Shown piece by piece: positions 35,644 through 48,387 of a stretch of DNA of 64,000 nucleotides; the first letter of the stretch is position 1; every line of letters starts with the position of its first letter. The notes under the pieces are model-generated. The model searched no databases, was not told where the DNA came from, and worked only from the letters and a program-made list of their open reading frames with translations. Position numbers and translations under genes: made by a program. Location of the stretch: positions 558,001-622,000 of the forward strand of contig JAMWBK010000009.1 in the NCBI GenBank assembly GCA_029953675.1, given 5' to 3'. This DNA is from Rhodosorus marinus CCMP1338 (lineage: Eukaryota > Plantae > Rhodophyta).

Positions 35644-37124
35644 ATGGAAATAGGGTTTCAGCAGTCGTTTGGGGGTCGACTGGGCCGGAGTATTGATTTT
35701 GGACGGGTTTCGAAGTGCAGTAGAAGGAAGAATGTAGTGGTGTCTTTGATTCCCACCGGTGGGACAACGCCGTGTGTGATCAGGGTGATTGGCGTGGGTG
35801 GCGGCGGTGGAAATGCCGTGAATAGAATGGTGGGGTGTGTGGATGACGTGGAGTTTTGGTCGGTGAATACTGATTCTCAAGCTCTGAAGTCATCGCTCGC
35901 CGATAATAAGTGTGATATTGGAGAGTTCCTGACCCGTGGGCTTGGTGCTGGAGGCGATCCATCGATGGGTAGAAATGCTGCCGAGGAGTCCAAGGACTCG
36001 ATCATGAACGCTGTGAGCAGCTCGGACTTGGTTTTCATTACCGCCGGAATGGGAGGAGGAACTGGATCAGGTGCCGCACCCGTCGTGGCCAGATTAGCCA
36101 GGGACGCCGTAAGTTTTTGCGACGCTGGCAGTTTAGAAGTCATCGCAGCAGAGGACTCACCCATCTCGTCTTATGATAGGGATGCCTAACAGTGGGCGTG
36201 GTGACCAAGCCGTTTAGCTTTGAGGGAAGACGCAGACTCAAGCAAGCGAACGAGGCTATCGATTCTCTAAGACAACACGTTGACACGTTGATCGTCGTAT
36301 CAAATGATAAGCTGCTGAAGATTGTCCCCGATGACACCCCCTTGACCGAGGCATTCCTGGTTGCTGACGATGTCCTCCGGCAAGGTCAGTGCTAAGAACG
36401 AATTCGAAGGTCGTCGCTAGACAAGCCCTCTGTTAACTCTTGCCTCGGCTTCTTCTAATTTTGCCCTCTAACGCAGGTGTGGTCGGAATCTCGGAGATCA
36501 TCGTAAAGCCTGGCCTCGTTAACGTGGATTTTGCCGATATTCGTTCGGTCCTTGAGAATTCTGGGTCAGCGCTAATGGGAATTGGTACCGGATCCGGCAA
36601 GAAGAGAGCGGAGGATGCGGCGGCTGCTGCAATCAATTCTCCATTGCTGGAATTCCCTGTCGAATCTGCGAAGGGAATCGTTTTCAATATTACCGGCGGG
36701 CCGAACATGTCCCTTCACGAGATCAATAGTGCTGCAGAGGTCATTTACGAAGCGGTTGATCAGGATGCCAACATCATTTTCGGCGCTCATGTTGATGACA
36801 GTCTGGGAGACGATATGAGCATTACTATTGTTGCCACGGGCTTTCCAACCTCTCCTAGCAGCCAGGTAGGCTACGGACTTTATTCCTCGTAAGTAGTCCG
36901 CATGGAGCGTTGAGGATTGCTGAGCGGAGAGGCCTGAAACATCGCCTCTGTCTTTGACTCCGCTGTAGGTGATCAACACTGAGACCGAAACCGGACGCTA
37001 CACGGTACCGACCCTGGAGAATTTTAAAGAAGCGATACCGGAAGTAGCTAGCGACGAATTTGCCGCTGAAAGTCCCCTACGAAAGCGAGATCGCCTTGCA
37101 AACTTCTTCAGGAATATAATTTAG
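35644..37124 (+). CDS. ftsZ: Plastid division protein FtsZ (nucleus-encoded, transit peptide)
   Basis: [22 protein letters not shown] and NVDFAD. Exons 35644-36108, 36180-36384, 36477-36865, 36969-37124, all in frame. Confidence 0.95.
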
Positions 37125-37977
37125 ATGGCAGCATTATCACTGGGGGCTAGAATTGGCGCTCGATTCCAGTATTTAGACCAGAGAGGAGTTTTTCTGCTCA
37201 GTGTCTCAGATGTAGGGTCCCCGGGAGCTTTTAATGGAACATTGTAGAACGCTGGAGAGGAACACACACAACTGGAAGTTTTGGCGAGGGATGAGAGATG
37301 ATTGTAACAGACCACACACCTAAAGGACAAGCAACGCGTAAAGCTGGGGGTTTGGGTTTTTGCCATTGCACAATCCAATTCCCGAATGTTTCTTACGAGA
37401 TCTCCCAGTGGACACATTCGGTTATTCACTGAGTTTTCAGACACGGGTCAGAACTTGGGACCAGAAAGCGCATGTTGGGAATCAACGGGGCAGGATCTAT
37501 CAATCAAGTACTCCGCGTTTGATGTCCTTGCCTTCTTCAGACGCTTCCGAGAACTCCGGAGAGGTGCGATAAGCGCTTTGTCGACTTATGGAAACAAGCC
37601 TTGCAGACTGCTCCCGAAACACGCGCAAGGCTGAAGCAACACATGGATGTTCTACTTTTCCCCGATGTTGAAGGAATTCCGGCCTGTTCTCCCCACAAAG
37701 AGAATGAGAGTATCAGAAACACTGCAGAACCACGCCAAACGAGGGTTCCACGTGCAAGTACCCGGATTCTTCTTTAGACTCGGTAGCCTCGAAGGGGCTC
37801 AGGAGCTGAGAAAGGTCCTTCCTCGACAGCAAGCACGGCAGTGAGCAGGTCTCTGATCGTCGATGGACAAAAGAGGTATATCATGACAGGATGATTTAAT
37901 GCGCAGAATATTTCGTTTACTGAGCGCCAACTCCGCAGTCGTCGCATCCACTCCTTTAGTTATCATTTGTCTGTACA

Positions 37978-40804
37978 CTAGTACCCAAACTTATCATTTA
38001 GTTTGCTCCGCCCATCTCCTCTCTGATCCTCGGGGGGTTTCCAGTCGTATATTCCTTTCTCTTGCGCCTCGTTTTCGGTATTTCTCCTGGGGAGAGACGG
38101 ACCAAGCCTTTTTGCTTTCTTGTGTTCACTTGGGTTCTTGAATTCATCCGGTTCGTCTGTTTTGGTGAGGCAGAGGGAGGTACGAGAGTGGCCATGTTCC
38201 AGTCAGAACGAAAGGTCAAAGGAAGCAACCTTCTGATTGCATCTCACCTGGCTCCAAGCGCTTGTCAGGCTGAGGCTTCTCGGGCTGAGGCTTCTCGGGC
38301 TGCGGCTTCTCGGGCTGCTCCTCCGTTTCATAGGTAGAGATTGGGGCAGGTGCTCGCATAACTCTTGGAGGAGAAAGCTTGAAAGCTTTCTCAACCGTGT
38401 TGAGCTGGTTGGAACTTGGCAGTATCTTCGGGGTACTTGCATTCCGATTCGGCGGCAAGGGTATAGCTTCCAAGCTCGGGCTCGGGCCCTGAGCGAGGGA
38501 CAGCAAATCCCCAACTTTGTGTAGCTTCTCCCGATTCTTGTCCATCCTGCGCTCCAGATCCCGAAGATTCTCTTCCAAGATGCTTCGATCGTTGCTGGAC
38601 ATGAACGAATCCAACGCATCTTCTTCCCCTCCGGCACTTTCTCTTTTCAGTCTGAGACTCGCCTGGGAATATTCCTGACACAGTTCAACGACGGTAAGCA
38701 AAATTTTCAAAACGAGATTGGAGACGAGCAATGTCAAGTACCTTTTCAAGCATCTTCTGCTCCTCCTGGTAGTGTTTTTGCTTCGTTTTTAGAGTATTCT
38801 CAGTTTCTGCTTGTTCGTCTTCTTTGTCTCCGCTAGTAGCTCGTGTTGAGAAAACCTCAGCTGTTCTGTCAAAAAAGTCGTCATTGTCCGCATCCAGCTC
38901 GACCTCTATAGCCTTCCCGCGACCCCGCTTGCGCGACTTTGACGAGACTGAACTTTCCCTCAAGTTCGAGTAGGAATCCTCAATCGACTCCTCCAGCTGC
39001 CGCATCCTCTCCTCCAACTGTGAAATCCTGTTCACTTGTCCATCTGTTAGCTCCGAGGACACTTCCTTGTTCCGAATATTCGAAAGCTCCTGCTGCATCG
39101 ACAAAATCTTCCCTTTCTTCGCCTCAATCCGATCCAATACTTGACGCTGCTTCTTCGACAGATTCTCTGGGACGAGCTCTTCCATGGCTCCTACAACGTC
39201 CGTAAACATGAAAAAGTCCAAACTCGTTAAAGGATCCTGCTCTCTATACTCTTGTCCAAAAGCTCTACAAGGATCAATCGCCATTCCTTTGGCCAACAAA
39301 GCGTGGCCTTCACTCGGGCCAAAAGAAAGAGAGCAACTGATACTCCACCGGTAGCAGTCGCCATATCATTTGGCCCACAAAGCATAGCCTTCAAGTGGGC
39401 CAACCGAAAACGGCAACTGCTACAATCACTGGTGTCAGTCGCCATTCCTTTGGCCAACAAGCGTGGCCTTCACTCGGGCCAAAAGGAAGAGAGCGACTGA
39501 TACACCACCGGTATCAGTCGCTACTCCTCTGACCAACAAAGCGTGGCCTTCGCTCGGGCCAAAAGAAAGAGAGCAACTGATACACCACCGGTATCAGTCA
39601 CTACTCCTCTGGCCAACAAAGCATGGCCTTCACTTGGGCCAAAAGAAGAAGGCAACTGATACCTCACCGGCACCAGTCGCTATTTTTACTTTGGCCCAGC
39701 AAGAGCACGGCATTCATTCGGGTCCGTAGGAGTCGGCAGCTGATCCAACAGCGGTTTTCATCGGTCACAGTGAAGTGTTTACTTCGATTACATACCTCCA
39801 GTTTCTTCCTCTTCCTCAACAGCATCCTCGCCCATCCCCCAGGTAACTTCCTGGAGCTTCTTACGTTGCTCAGAGACGGCCAGCTCTCGTTCGACTTGGG
39901 CCGGATCCTTCTCCACTTCCTGCGTCGGTTCCTTGATCTTAACCGTTCTGTCGTTCGCGTCGGATGGGCCAAGCAGCACATAGATCCTCGAACTCTCTCC
40001 AAATTTTACAACATCCCCAACGGACATGGCCGTGTACTTGCCACTCTGGACTCTCTTCTTGTTGAGAAAGGTTCCATGAGTTGAGTTGAGATCGATAAGG
40101 TAGGCAATGGGATCGTTCTTTCTGAACTGAATCGCCGCGTGAACTCTCGAGAGGGAAGGATGTGCCAGAACGAGATCAACTTGCTCAGGATCACGTCCTA
40201 GTAAAACGTATCCCCTGTCGCTTCTGGAGATGATCTCCTTCGATGCTATCACGCCCGACTTGATTACTTCAAAGGCATACTCTGCCGATGGAAGCCCAGA
40301 CCATTGCGGTTCCTCGTAAGATGGTCGGGAGGTGGGGGTTGGGATCTTCCTCTGGTTTGGATCAGCTCCTTCCCCGGTGGATGGGATTGCTTCTGGAACA
40401 ACTGGTTTGATCTCAGATTCGCCTAGACTCAGCAGTTCAGCACGAAGAGCGCCAGCATCCGGTTTTCGTTTCGGCCACGCTTGCATAGTTGGCCGAGGAG
40501 TTCCAGTGTGACTCTGCATAATCGATGGCGGCGGCAGCATGATCTGGACCCCGCCATTGTCCTCGTCAAGGTCTTCCATCGCCTCTATAGGCAGCGGTGG
40601 CGGGGGTATCACTGGACCCCCAGCCTTACCCTTACTGGACATTGGTTCAGCCTTCCTCACCGGAGGAGGAGGCATGATTTCGCCATCTCCACCACCCGCG
40701 CTCTTCCTCTCAACCACACGACGTGGTAACGGAGGAGGTGGCATCTCCTCAGTGCTCTCCTCTACTCCCATCTTCTCACCACCACCACCACCACCCTCGT
40801 CCAT
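37978..40804 (-). CDS. SLC4A1AP: Kanadaptin (SLC4A1AP) FHA-domain protein
   Basis: YEEPQWS, FHA motifs GR, HPSLSRVHA and DLNSTHGT; TWGMGEDA; coiled coil; canonical C-terminus WKPPEDQRGDGRSKLNDKFGY*. Introns 39191-39795, 38675-38741 and about 38158-38229. PEKPQ x3 repeat at ~38272-38316. Start codon uncertain. Confidence 0.9.
39278..39760 (-). repeat. Six tandem ~80-nt structured units inside the 605-nt kanadaptin intron
   Basis: Unit starts (+ strand) at 39278, 39358, 39439, 39518, 39598, 39677; each unit folds into two hairpins. Confidence 0.92.
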
Positions 40805-41705
40805 CCCCGCTCTAGCACCTTTCACACCCTCACTCACTCACCTCCCCTCCCTCCATCAAGTTCACAACCTCCATGAATAAAACTACTTCCTCGCAGACCA
40901 CTTAAGCTATCTTCCTCCCCATCAACCCGCCTTGACAGTCTCCACGCTCAATTCACCTCGTCCAAGCCGGCAAGAATCAGACACCATCTGTATCCTTCTA
41001 CTCAGAACAAATCCTTACAGTGTAATAGTCACGACCGCCTTCATCCACATCCTCCAACTACATCCTCCAATACTGACAGACTCGCGATTCAGCACTATTG
41101 AATGAATGTATTCATTCGGAGTGCGACGGGAGAAATGAAAGTTTCTACGAAAGGCGCTACTCGCGGGCCAACAACATCAGAACTCCATTCATGCACGACC
41201 ACAGAAAACTCAAACGTGTAGACAGGGGGGGGAGAGCCACTGTGGACGCTCACGGACAACTATACGAAGCCAACTGGGACCAAACGAAACCATGAAACTG
41301 GATCACTCAGTAGGCAATGGGTACCAGGCGAAGCTCGAATTCCAGGAGTAGGCCAACGCCCACACCCCACGCACTTGGCTTGCGACGTTCGTGAAGTGCC
41401 TTGATACGGTTCTTCCCTTGAGCAAACCTTTAGCTATCTGCTGAAAAAAACTCAAGGGTTGTTTACCCAAACCGCCGTGAGGAGAGCTTTGTACTGCGAT
41501 AGATCGCCTTCCTTTTTAAAGTGTGGTGTAGAGATGTGCACCCCCTTACCGCATGCTGTCCCTGTGACAGTCCGAAACGGTACAAAGCTACTTTGTGAGC
41601 TTTGGTTGACGGTCGCCGTCGCTGGAAGTCACATGGGGACGGACAAAGTCTCAAAATTGCCTCCCCCAAGTTCGACGGCCTATTCTGTTCTCACGGTGCT
41701 CTCGA

Positions 41706-42442
41706 CTAGATCCGCGGAACAGCTAATGTTTCAGTTATATCCGAATCGCGTAGACTGATTTTTCTTTGAGTCCACAAGGCGAGGCGCAAAGCTACTTTGT
41801 CAACGTGGATAGCAGAGTACTGGGTGATCCACTGCACGAACTTCCGAATCGATGCGATCTCTGACAAGAGCAACCGACGCTCGACTCCAACACATCTGCT
41901 CAACGGAAATGTGTAGCGCTTCTTGCATGTCGAACTGATATCAAAAGACCTGGACGGTTTCTTGCGGGGAGATCGTCCAAGAGCTGAGGGCGTTCGTCCA
42001 TGCCGAGCATGCGTGAGGACGGTTGCTTTGATATGTCCCCTTCAGTCCTGAACCTTATCCGACTGGGGACAGAGGTTGATTGGCTAACTTTGGTTTTCAA
42101 TGGGACTGGAGCGGCCTTTAGGCAGCTCCAATACATTTGAGGCGCGTACTCACGAGCTGAAGGATAATTCCAGAGTTTGAAGATAGCTGGCCATCTCAGG
42201 GGGTCGGAGAGCATGTACAAGGGTCTTAAGATGACTTCCCTGCGCCATTCCGACTCCGAGTACAGACTACTTACGACAACTGCAGAAATGCGCCTTAGCA
42301 GGTTGTTTCTCAGCGAGGTACAAGGACCACACCTTTTTGGCACTCCTGACGGTCTCAGGCCCTCGACTTCACGTTGCGGTGCAAAGAGGGGTGCTGGTTG
42401 GAGTGACTCAGTAGCGGATGGGGAGATGTCATCAAAGGCCAA
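41706..42442 (-). CDS. Possible hypothetical protein (ORFs 41900-42442 and 41706-41903)
   Basis: Long ORF with coding-like composition, no recognised motif; strand and structure unresolved. Confidence 0.25.
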
Positions 42443-42685
42443 CCCTGCCTCACGCGAGTACTACCGAGTGCAAAGCATTGTCGCAGTCTTTCACCTGGCC
42501 ATCGCTTCGATCGAACACCAAACTCGCTCAAGCAAAGGCTTTCTCAGGTTGAAAATGCTTTGCCTTCTGGGTTTCTTTTAAGGAAGCCACGATGTTTTAC
42601 AAGGACGCAACAGATTCGAGTTCGTAGACTAGAGGTTTAACCCTCTTTCCGCGCTCTCAAAACAAGCAGCTTCTTTTGGGTCAGG

Positions 42686-45600
42686 CTATCTGCGTCTCTT
42701 CCTGTTATCTCGCTCTCGATCCGACTGAGGTGTTTGATAATATACATTGCTCGCAAAGTGCTCCTTGAGGTACTCCGGACCCATCTCCTCATATTCACTT
42801 CGGGATACTGACGAATCGGACAACTCTTGGCCACCTATCTTCGCCAATAGAGCTGCCCCTCTCCACGCATCGAGAACGGGATCCTTCGCGAGTCGGATGT
42901 TCAGGTCGACTCCTGGACTGAAGCTTGCGGGTAGGACTCGTCGAACTTCAGCCTGTAGACGTGCATTCGCTCCAGGAGTGTTCATCAATCCACCGGTCAG
43001 GAAGATCTCCTTCACCAGAGATTCTCTCGCAGTCGCTCCTAAATGGCCAAGTCCAGTAGGTTACAGAGATGAGCACCAACACACAAAATCTACCTTACTG
43101 CTCCCTATTTTATTACCTTGCAGACTACTGACGGAGAGGTCGATCGATTCACCTAAGCCAGCTTGATCTAAGCCAACTATGCTCGGCTGCCAGATGATCT
43201 GATCGAGAAACAAGAATGCCTTTGATCAACGAAACGGGTCTTGGTACGTGTGGTGCCAGATATCGAGAATCCACCTCACCTCTGTAGATCGAATCCGGTC
43301 CAAGCAGATGTCCAGCTCGTTGCTTCTTTCTATCGGATAATACAGCTTCTCAGCTCCTCGAGATTCTGCCTCTTCCAGGGCAGCAATGTGCGGTGCCAGC
43401 TCGAAGATCTCTGCTTTAAGGTCTGCGAGGTACTTCTCTTCTTGCTCCTCCTCCTCCGTATCCCCCCCTGTTCGGATGTCGCGATTGAAGGTTCTTTGCG
43501 TGAACAGCTGGAGGGCGTTGAGATGCGTTTTGTTATATGAAAAAGCGAGCTACCTTGCATATCATGGTACACGTTCCAATCCTCATCCCTCATTCCAAAA
43601 TCGTCCGGCATCTTCTTCCCGTTTTCAGGCATGATTTGCTGTGCGATTAGTCTCATTCGGTTCCTTGCCGCTTGGCTTCGACGATCGGACCCGGCTTCAC
43701 GTGCGGCCTGAAGAACCACGCGAACAAAGAATTCCGAGTCTGGGTGAGGTGTAACTCTCACCAGAAGGATCCATCCTGAAACTGCTTACCTTTCTCTTTT
43801 TAATCCTCTGAAGCAGATCGTCTCGTTCCTTGATTCTTCTCCTCAGGTAACCATCTGGATCCTGTTCCTTCTGCCTCCTCAGTTCCGCTTCCGCTGCTTC
43901 AACTTTCTGCCTCTCTTCCTCCTTCTGTAGCTTCACCCGCTCCCTAGCTTCCGCCGCGCCTCGAATTGATTTTACCTATAAATGGATGTCATGTCCCCAG
44001 AACAACAGCTCAGTTTTGGAGCTGACCAAGCACCCAAGCCTTAACCAACGGAAAGAGAACGCGGCGCATACCTTTCTCTTCTCCTTCAACTGATCAGCGG
44101 TCAACAGAGGATCAGGGGTCTCCAGAAGCGCATCCTCAAACTTACGCTTTCTCCATTTTTCTTCTGCCTGCGCCATCAGTTCCTCCCCGAGCTCCTCCTT
44201 CAAGCTTACAATCTCGGCCTCCTTTTTCCCCACTGCATCCTCCAAATCTTTTGTCTGCTTAAAACCTACAAACGATCAACGCAAGTGAAATCTTTCTGAG
44301 CTAATCCAAATCTTTCCGAGAATCCGTTCCAAAGTAGACGGACCTCTCCTAGATAAACTCATATAGTAATCATCCTCATAGGCCGTCTTCATATCCGATA
44401 TCGTCTCAAGCTCATCCAGCTCCGATAGAAGGCTTTCAACTCGATGAACCTCCTCGCTAGTCAGCTTCCTCTCAACTTCTTTAGGTGCAACCTCAGTCGT
44501 CGCTTTCGCTTTTCTTCTAGCCGCCATCATATCGTGCAACCTCTGCCCGGCCTCAGCTCTCAGTTTTCTCTGTCTTTCCAGTTCCTATCCGACGAGGGAC
44601 AAAAAATGTTTGTCTTTAGACTAGCTCTGGCGTCCTCTCTCTTTGTCCTCAATAGCAAACACCAAGCCAGCTAACCTCAGGTGATGGACAAGTTTTTGTC
44701 CCTTCCTGTGAAGGTATTTCAATCGCTGTTTCGACTTGATCGAAGTAATCCGGATCCGTCTGAAGTCGGTTTACTTCTTCTTCATAGTTACTGGAGAAGT
44801 AACAAATCTCCTCCCTCAGCAGGTTGACTCGGTCGTACGATAGAGCTGGTGCAAAGATCGGGTAGAGGAGTCGTAGCCTCCTCGCCAGAGCTTCTGTGGC
44901 GTGGTCTCCACCTAATCATGAAAAACAACAAAACGAAAAACAGCGACTGCTTTAGAGTAGGGATCCAGCCAGTTTTTATCATCGCGGTGAGCACTGGAGG
45001 CGAGAGAAGCACTCACCCACGTTGATTCGTTTCGCACAAGCAGCGTGAAACCGTCCATTAACAAGTGGGAGAACATGCGTAGCTCTAAAGCTCGAGCTCA
45101 CAATCAGTGCGTTACGATCGTTGAACTGTGATAGTGAGCTGGTGCTGGTTGATGAATACATATTGTACATGTAGCTGAAGAGGCCATCCACTCCTAGGCA
45201 GACACTCGGAGCCTGATATCTAATGAGGGTTCGGGCGGGAGAACGTTTGGATTTGTTTCTTAGTCCTTCTCAGAGAGAAACGTATTCCTGGACCACCATG
45301 TGAAAAGTCGTACCCTTCAAAAAGAACCTCCATGATGAACGCCCTGGAATTATTCATCTGGCAAGGCGGCTCCGTCAAAACGAAGGGTCTATCGATCTTC
45401 TTCTCGTTCGCGAGTCCGAGGGCAACGATCGTCCCGTCCAGAAGTCGCTCCAGAAGCGTCGCATTGAAGGGAATATTCGCTTCGAATGGCGAACGCACGC
45501 CAGACCTTACTGACGTATGCAAGGCCTCGTAACCCACAAAATTCTTCCTCCTACCGTCCTCCCCAGGGTCCCGCGCTCTCGAAACCAGGGGGGGATACCG

Positions 45601-45795
45601 CAGGGCGGGCCCATCCGCTGACGAGAACCCAGCTCGTAGCTCAGAAGAGCCTATATCAATCACGACCGCGTCTCCATCCCTTGGATTGAAGCTCTTCGAC
45701 GGATCTGAATTCAGCAGCGGCTCGGGATCTCTGAGCACCACCCGCCTCTTCTTCTTCGCCTCATCAGCTCGAGCCCCGTTCGGCTCCGCGACCAT
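42686..45795 (-). CDS. ARP5: Actin-related protein 5 (INO80 subunit), multi-exon
   Basis: VVIDIGSSELRAGF, LTEP, a long charged coiled-coil insert, IFLTGG, DAWRGAA and SRSEYEEMGPEYLKEHFASN. Confidence 0.9.
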
Positions 45796-47174
45796 CGCCT
45801 CGGCAATGAAAAGTCAAACACGTAAGCTTTTATGTACACAAAGAAACGCGGCCCTGCGTGCCGATCGAATTTTCCTGTTTTTTTCAAGAGAAAGAAAGCC
45901 GCCAGTCGGCTCCCGAGCTCCCCTTCCAAATTCCTCTGCTTCGAACTGTGTATCAAAGCCAACATCAAAACGGCAAAAGCAACCGAAAATTCCGCAGGCA
46001 ACTTCTGAATCACATGACCCTCAAGCGATAGATCTTATCTTCAGAATAAAACGTCTCGATTCCGATAATCTTCCAGAGCGAAGATTCCTCAGTCTATCCT
46101 CCTCTCCGCCAACTGCTGAACACCTTCATCCCCACCAAGTTCCATTTGATAAGCAAATGTGACAGCTAATGAGCAAGACGATGATGGGCCGGTTTGAGAA
46201 TCCAGACCAAAAAATCCCGCTGTCTGATTCTATATCAGTCGAGGTCTGAAGTCTGCTGAACGGTGAGCACTCTGGAACAGTCTGCGAACAACAGGATCGA
46301 TCTTGCTGTGGATACCACGTTGGATTCTTCAGAATCGCTTTTAGAGCAACGATTCGTCAATTCTTCATCCTCCCTGTCTGTCCTTTCCGTGTTGGTGAAG
46401 GTCCTCTGTTTCTGTAGATGTCTATGTAAAGTACCGAAGAGCTTCGGCCATCAAGAAGCACTTTGAGCGATGAGCGTTTGGCTTGAACCACGGAAGACTT
46501 GCTGCCCGGGACAGTTTGCGAGACGATAACGTTGATCTTCTTGTAGGTACTGTACTAGGTTCGATCCCACTGGTCATAAATTCTTTCGTCGTACGTTAAA
46601 CTCTGCTTGAAATGGTTAAAGTGCGCTGGTTCATCAAGAAAGCAGAAGTCCAAGTTGGGGATAAGCTAGTTCATGCTGCTTTCCACCCCACGGGGCTCTG
46701 TGCACCACCGGAGACCGTGTAGATCGACTTCGGCAATGTCCAGAGAGGCCATGGTTTGTAGTCATGGTCTTCACGCCTTTCCACGGCGTCTGGGTATGCC
46801 CTCTTGAGCTAGCATCAGAGGGAGCTAGCCAAGGTGACCATCAATCCGGCTCGGTTGGCATCTTTCTTAGTGAGGTACTCCTGTATTTTTCGTTTTGTTT
46901 TGAAGATGGAAATTCGCGCTCCAGTGCGCTCCAGTGCAATCTGTAGAAGCTGGACGTCGCCAACTCGTCCACAATTGAGTTCAACTCTTTCATTTACTGT
47001 TGTGTCTTTTCTAATAAGATGTAGTAACTTTTACATGGGAACGACTGGGAATCTATCTCTTCGATGACGCCTTCGCACCTAGTGAAAACTGGAAGCCATA
47101 GATTCAAAAAAACAAGGCACCTCGAGTAGGCAAATCTGGAGTGACTATGCCAAGCTCCAGCAATGCCCGGCCTT

Positions 47175-47697
47175 CTAATCTCTTTGGTACTCCCTTTCAT
47201 CGGCCATCTGCTTCTGCACGGCATTAATCCGGCTAGTAATGTATGGACGCCAGACATCGTAGTCTCGAAGATCTTCGTGCAGTTCCGTTTTCTTTATACT
47301 GAGATCGAAGGCTCTCTTGATTCGCTTTTCTCTCATTATGAGCTCTTCCTTCGGCAACTTCTTCAAAACCTCCGCAACCACAGGCTCGTGTTCATTCAAA
47401 CAATCGTCCAGGAGAAGGCCTGCGCGACAGAATACAAAACAGATTTTTGATTAGCGAGAAGAAACATATCATCACGACAACAGTACAACGGGCGTAGCTA
47501 GAAAACAGATAAGCTCTTGGACATATAGTCCAAGCAAGAAGAGCTGAAAGTGCGGAAAAAGGTTGAAATGGCGACAGTGCCGTACCCATAGCTTTGAGTT
47601 GCTTCTCAGTAAAACGTCTATGCCATGCTCTAAACGGATTCCACAAATTCCGAACCCCAGGGAGCTGCACAAACTTATCAAACTTCCCTGTCTGCAT
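47175..47697 (-). CDS. QCR7: Cytochrome b-c1 complex subunit 7
   Basis: Exons 47586-47697 and 47175-47419. MGLLLDD...LKKLP.EE...REKRIKRAFDLS.KK.EL. Confidence 0.92.
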
Positions 47698-48119
47698 CTC
47701 CAAAGCAGTAAAACTCCCCCCCTCTAAAAAACACCCACCAAACAAAAAGCAAATACCGGGACAAACTCACAACAAAACAGCTTTCAGAGCCTTCGTCCGA
47801 AGCTCCTCACGGAACAGCCTCTAATATCAATCCCCAATTGAACGTAGATGAAACGATCAGCACCAAAAACCCGACCCTCTCTATATCCAAACCGCAAGGG
47901 ACTCCTCCACGCTCTCCATTCTCTCCAAAATCCCCGAAAAGGAAGTCATCACTTCTAACGATTCCCCAAGCGTTTACGTATGACCCGACAATAACTAAAT
48001 CAAGATCAATATGGTTCTATATTTTTCTATATTTTCCAAACGAAAATAAAGATAAAACTTCTAATAAACAGTATCTGGCGCGCCGGAACGATAAAATATT
48101 TCATATTTTCAAAGAAATA

Positions 48120-48387
48120 ATAAGACAGCTGTCTCTATCTGGATAATAATAGAACAAAACTAGAATCCCCTTAGGCGTTTCGTCCTTAACCGAGGAGCGC
48201 CTAAATCAAGACCACTATTTTCTGTACCTCGCTAAAAATGCTTTTAGAAATTCTAATATACAGCCTTTGTATTTCTGAGTTCAAACTATTTCAAGTTTTA
48301 TTGCATAATGAGACAGCTGTGTTGATCTGGTCTAATATTGAACAAAAATATCGTTTCTTTAGGCATTTTCGCCCTTAACTGAGGAGC
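48120..48387. repeat. Diverged ~80-bp direct repeat pair (48120-48198, 48308-48387) in the spacer upstream of QCR7
   Basis: AGACAGCTGT..ATCTGG..TAATA..GAACAAAA..TTAGGC..TTTCG.CCTTAAC.GAGGAGC is shared; roughly 70% identical by eye. Confidence 0.75.

Noticed and set aside
39278-39760. CRISPR, hammerhead, IRE or micro-exon interpretations of the intronic array
   Set aside because: No unique spacers or cas genes (eukaryote); no CUGANGA/GAAA core; CAGUGN occurs in one unit only, without the C-bulge; putative micro-exons contain stops
46555-46576. GGTTCGATCCC (tRNA T-loop/B-box-like)
   Set aside because: No T-stem, acceptor stem or cloverleaf upstream
46140-46990. Interrupted minus-strand frame with VDLHGL (Smr-like) and TE-like fragments
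   Set aside because: Multiple in-frame stops, and no further Smr (ITGxG) or RT motifs; identity unsupported
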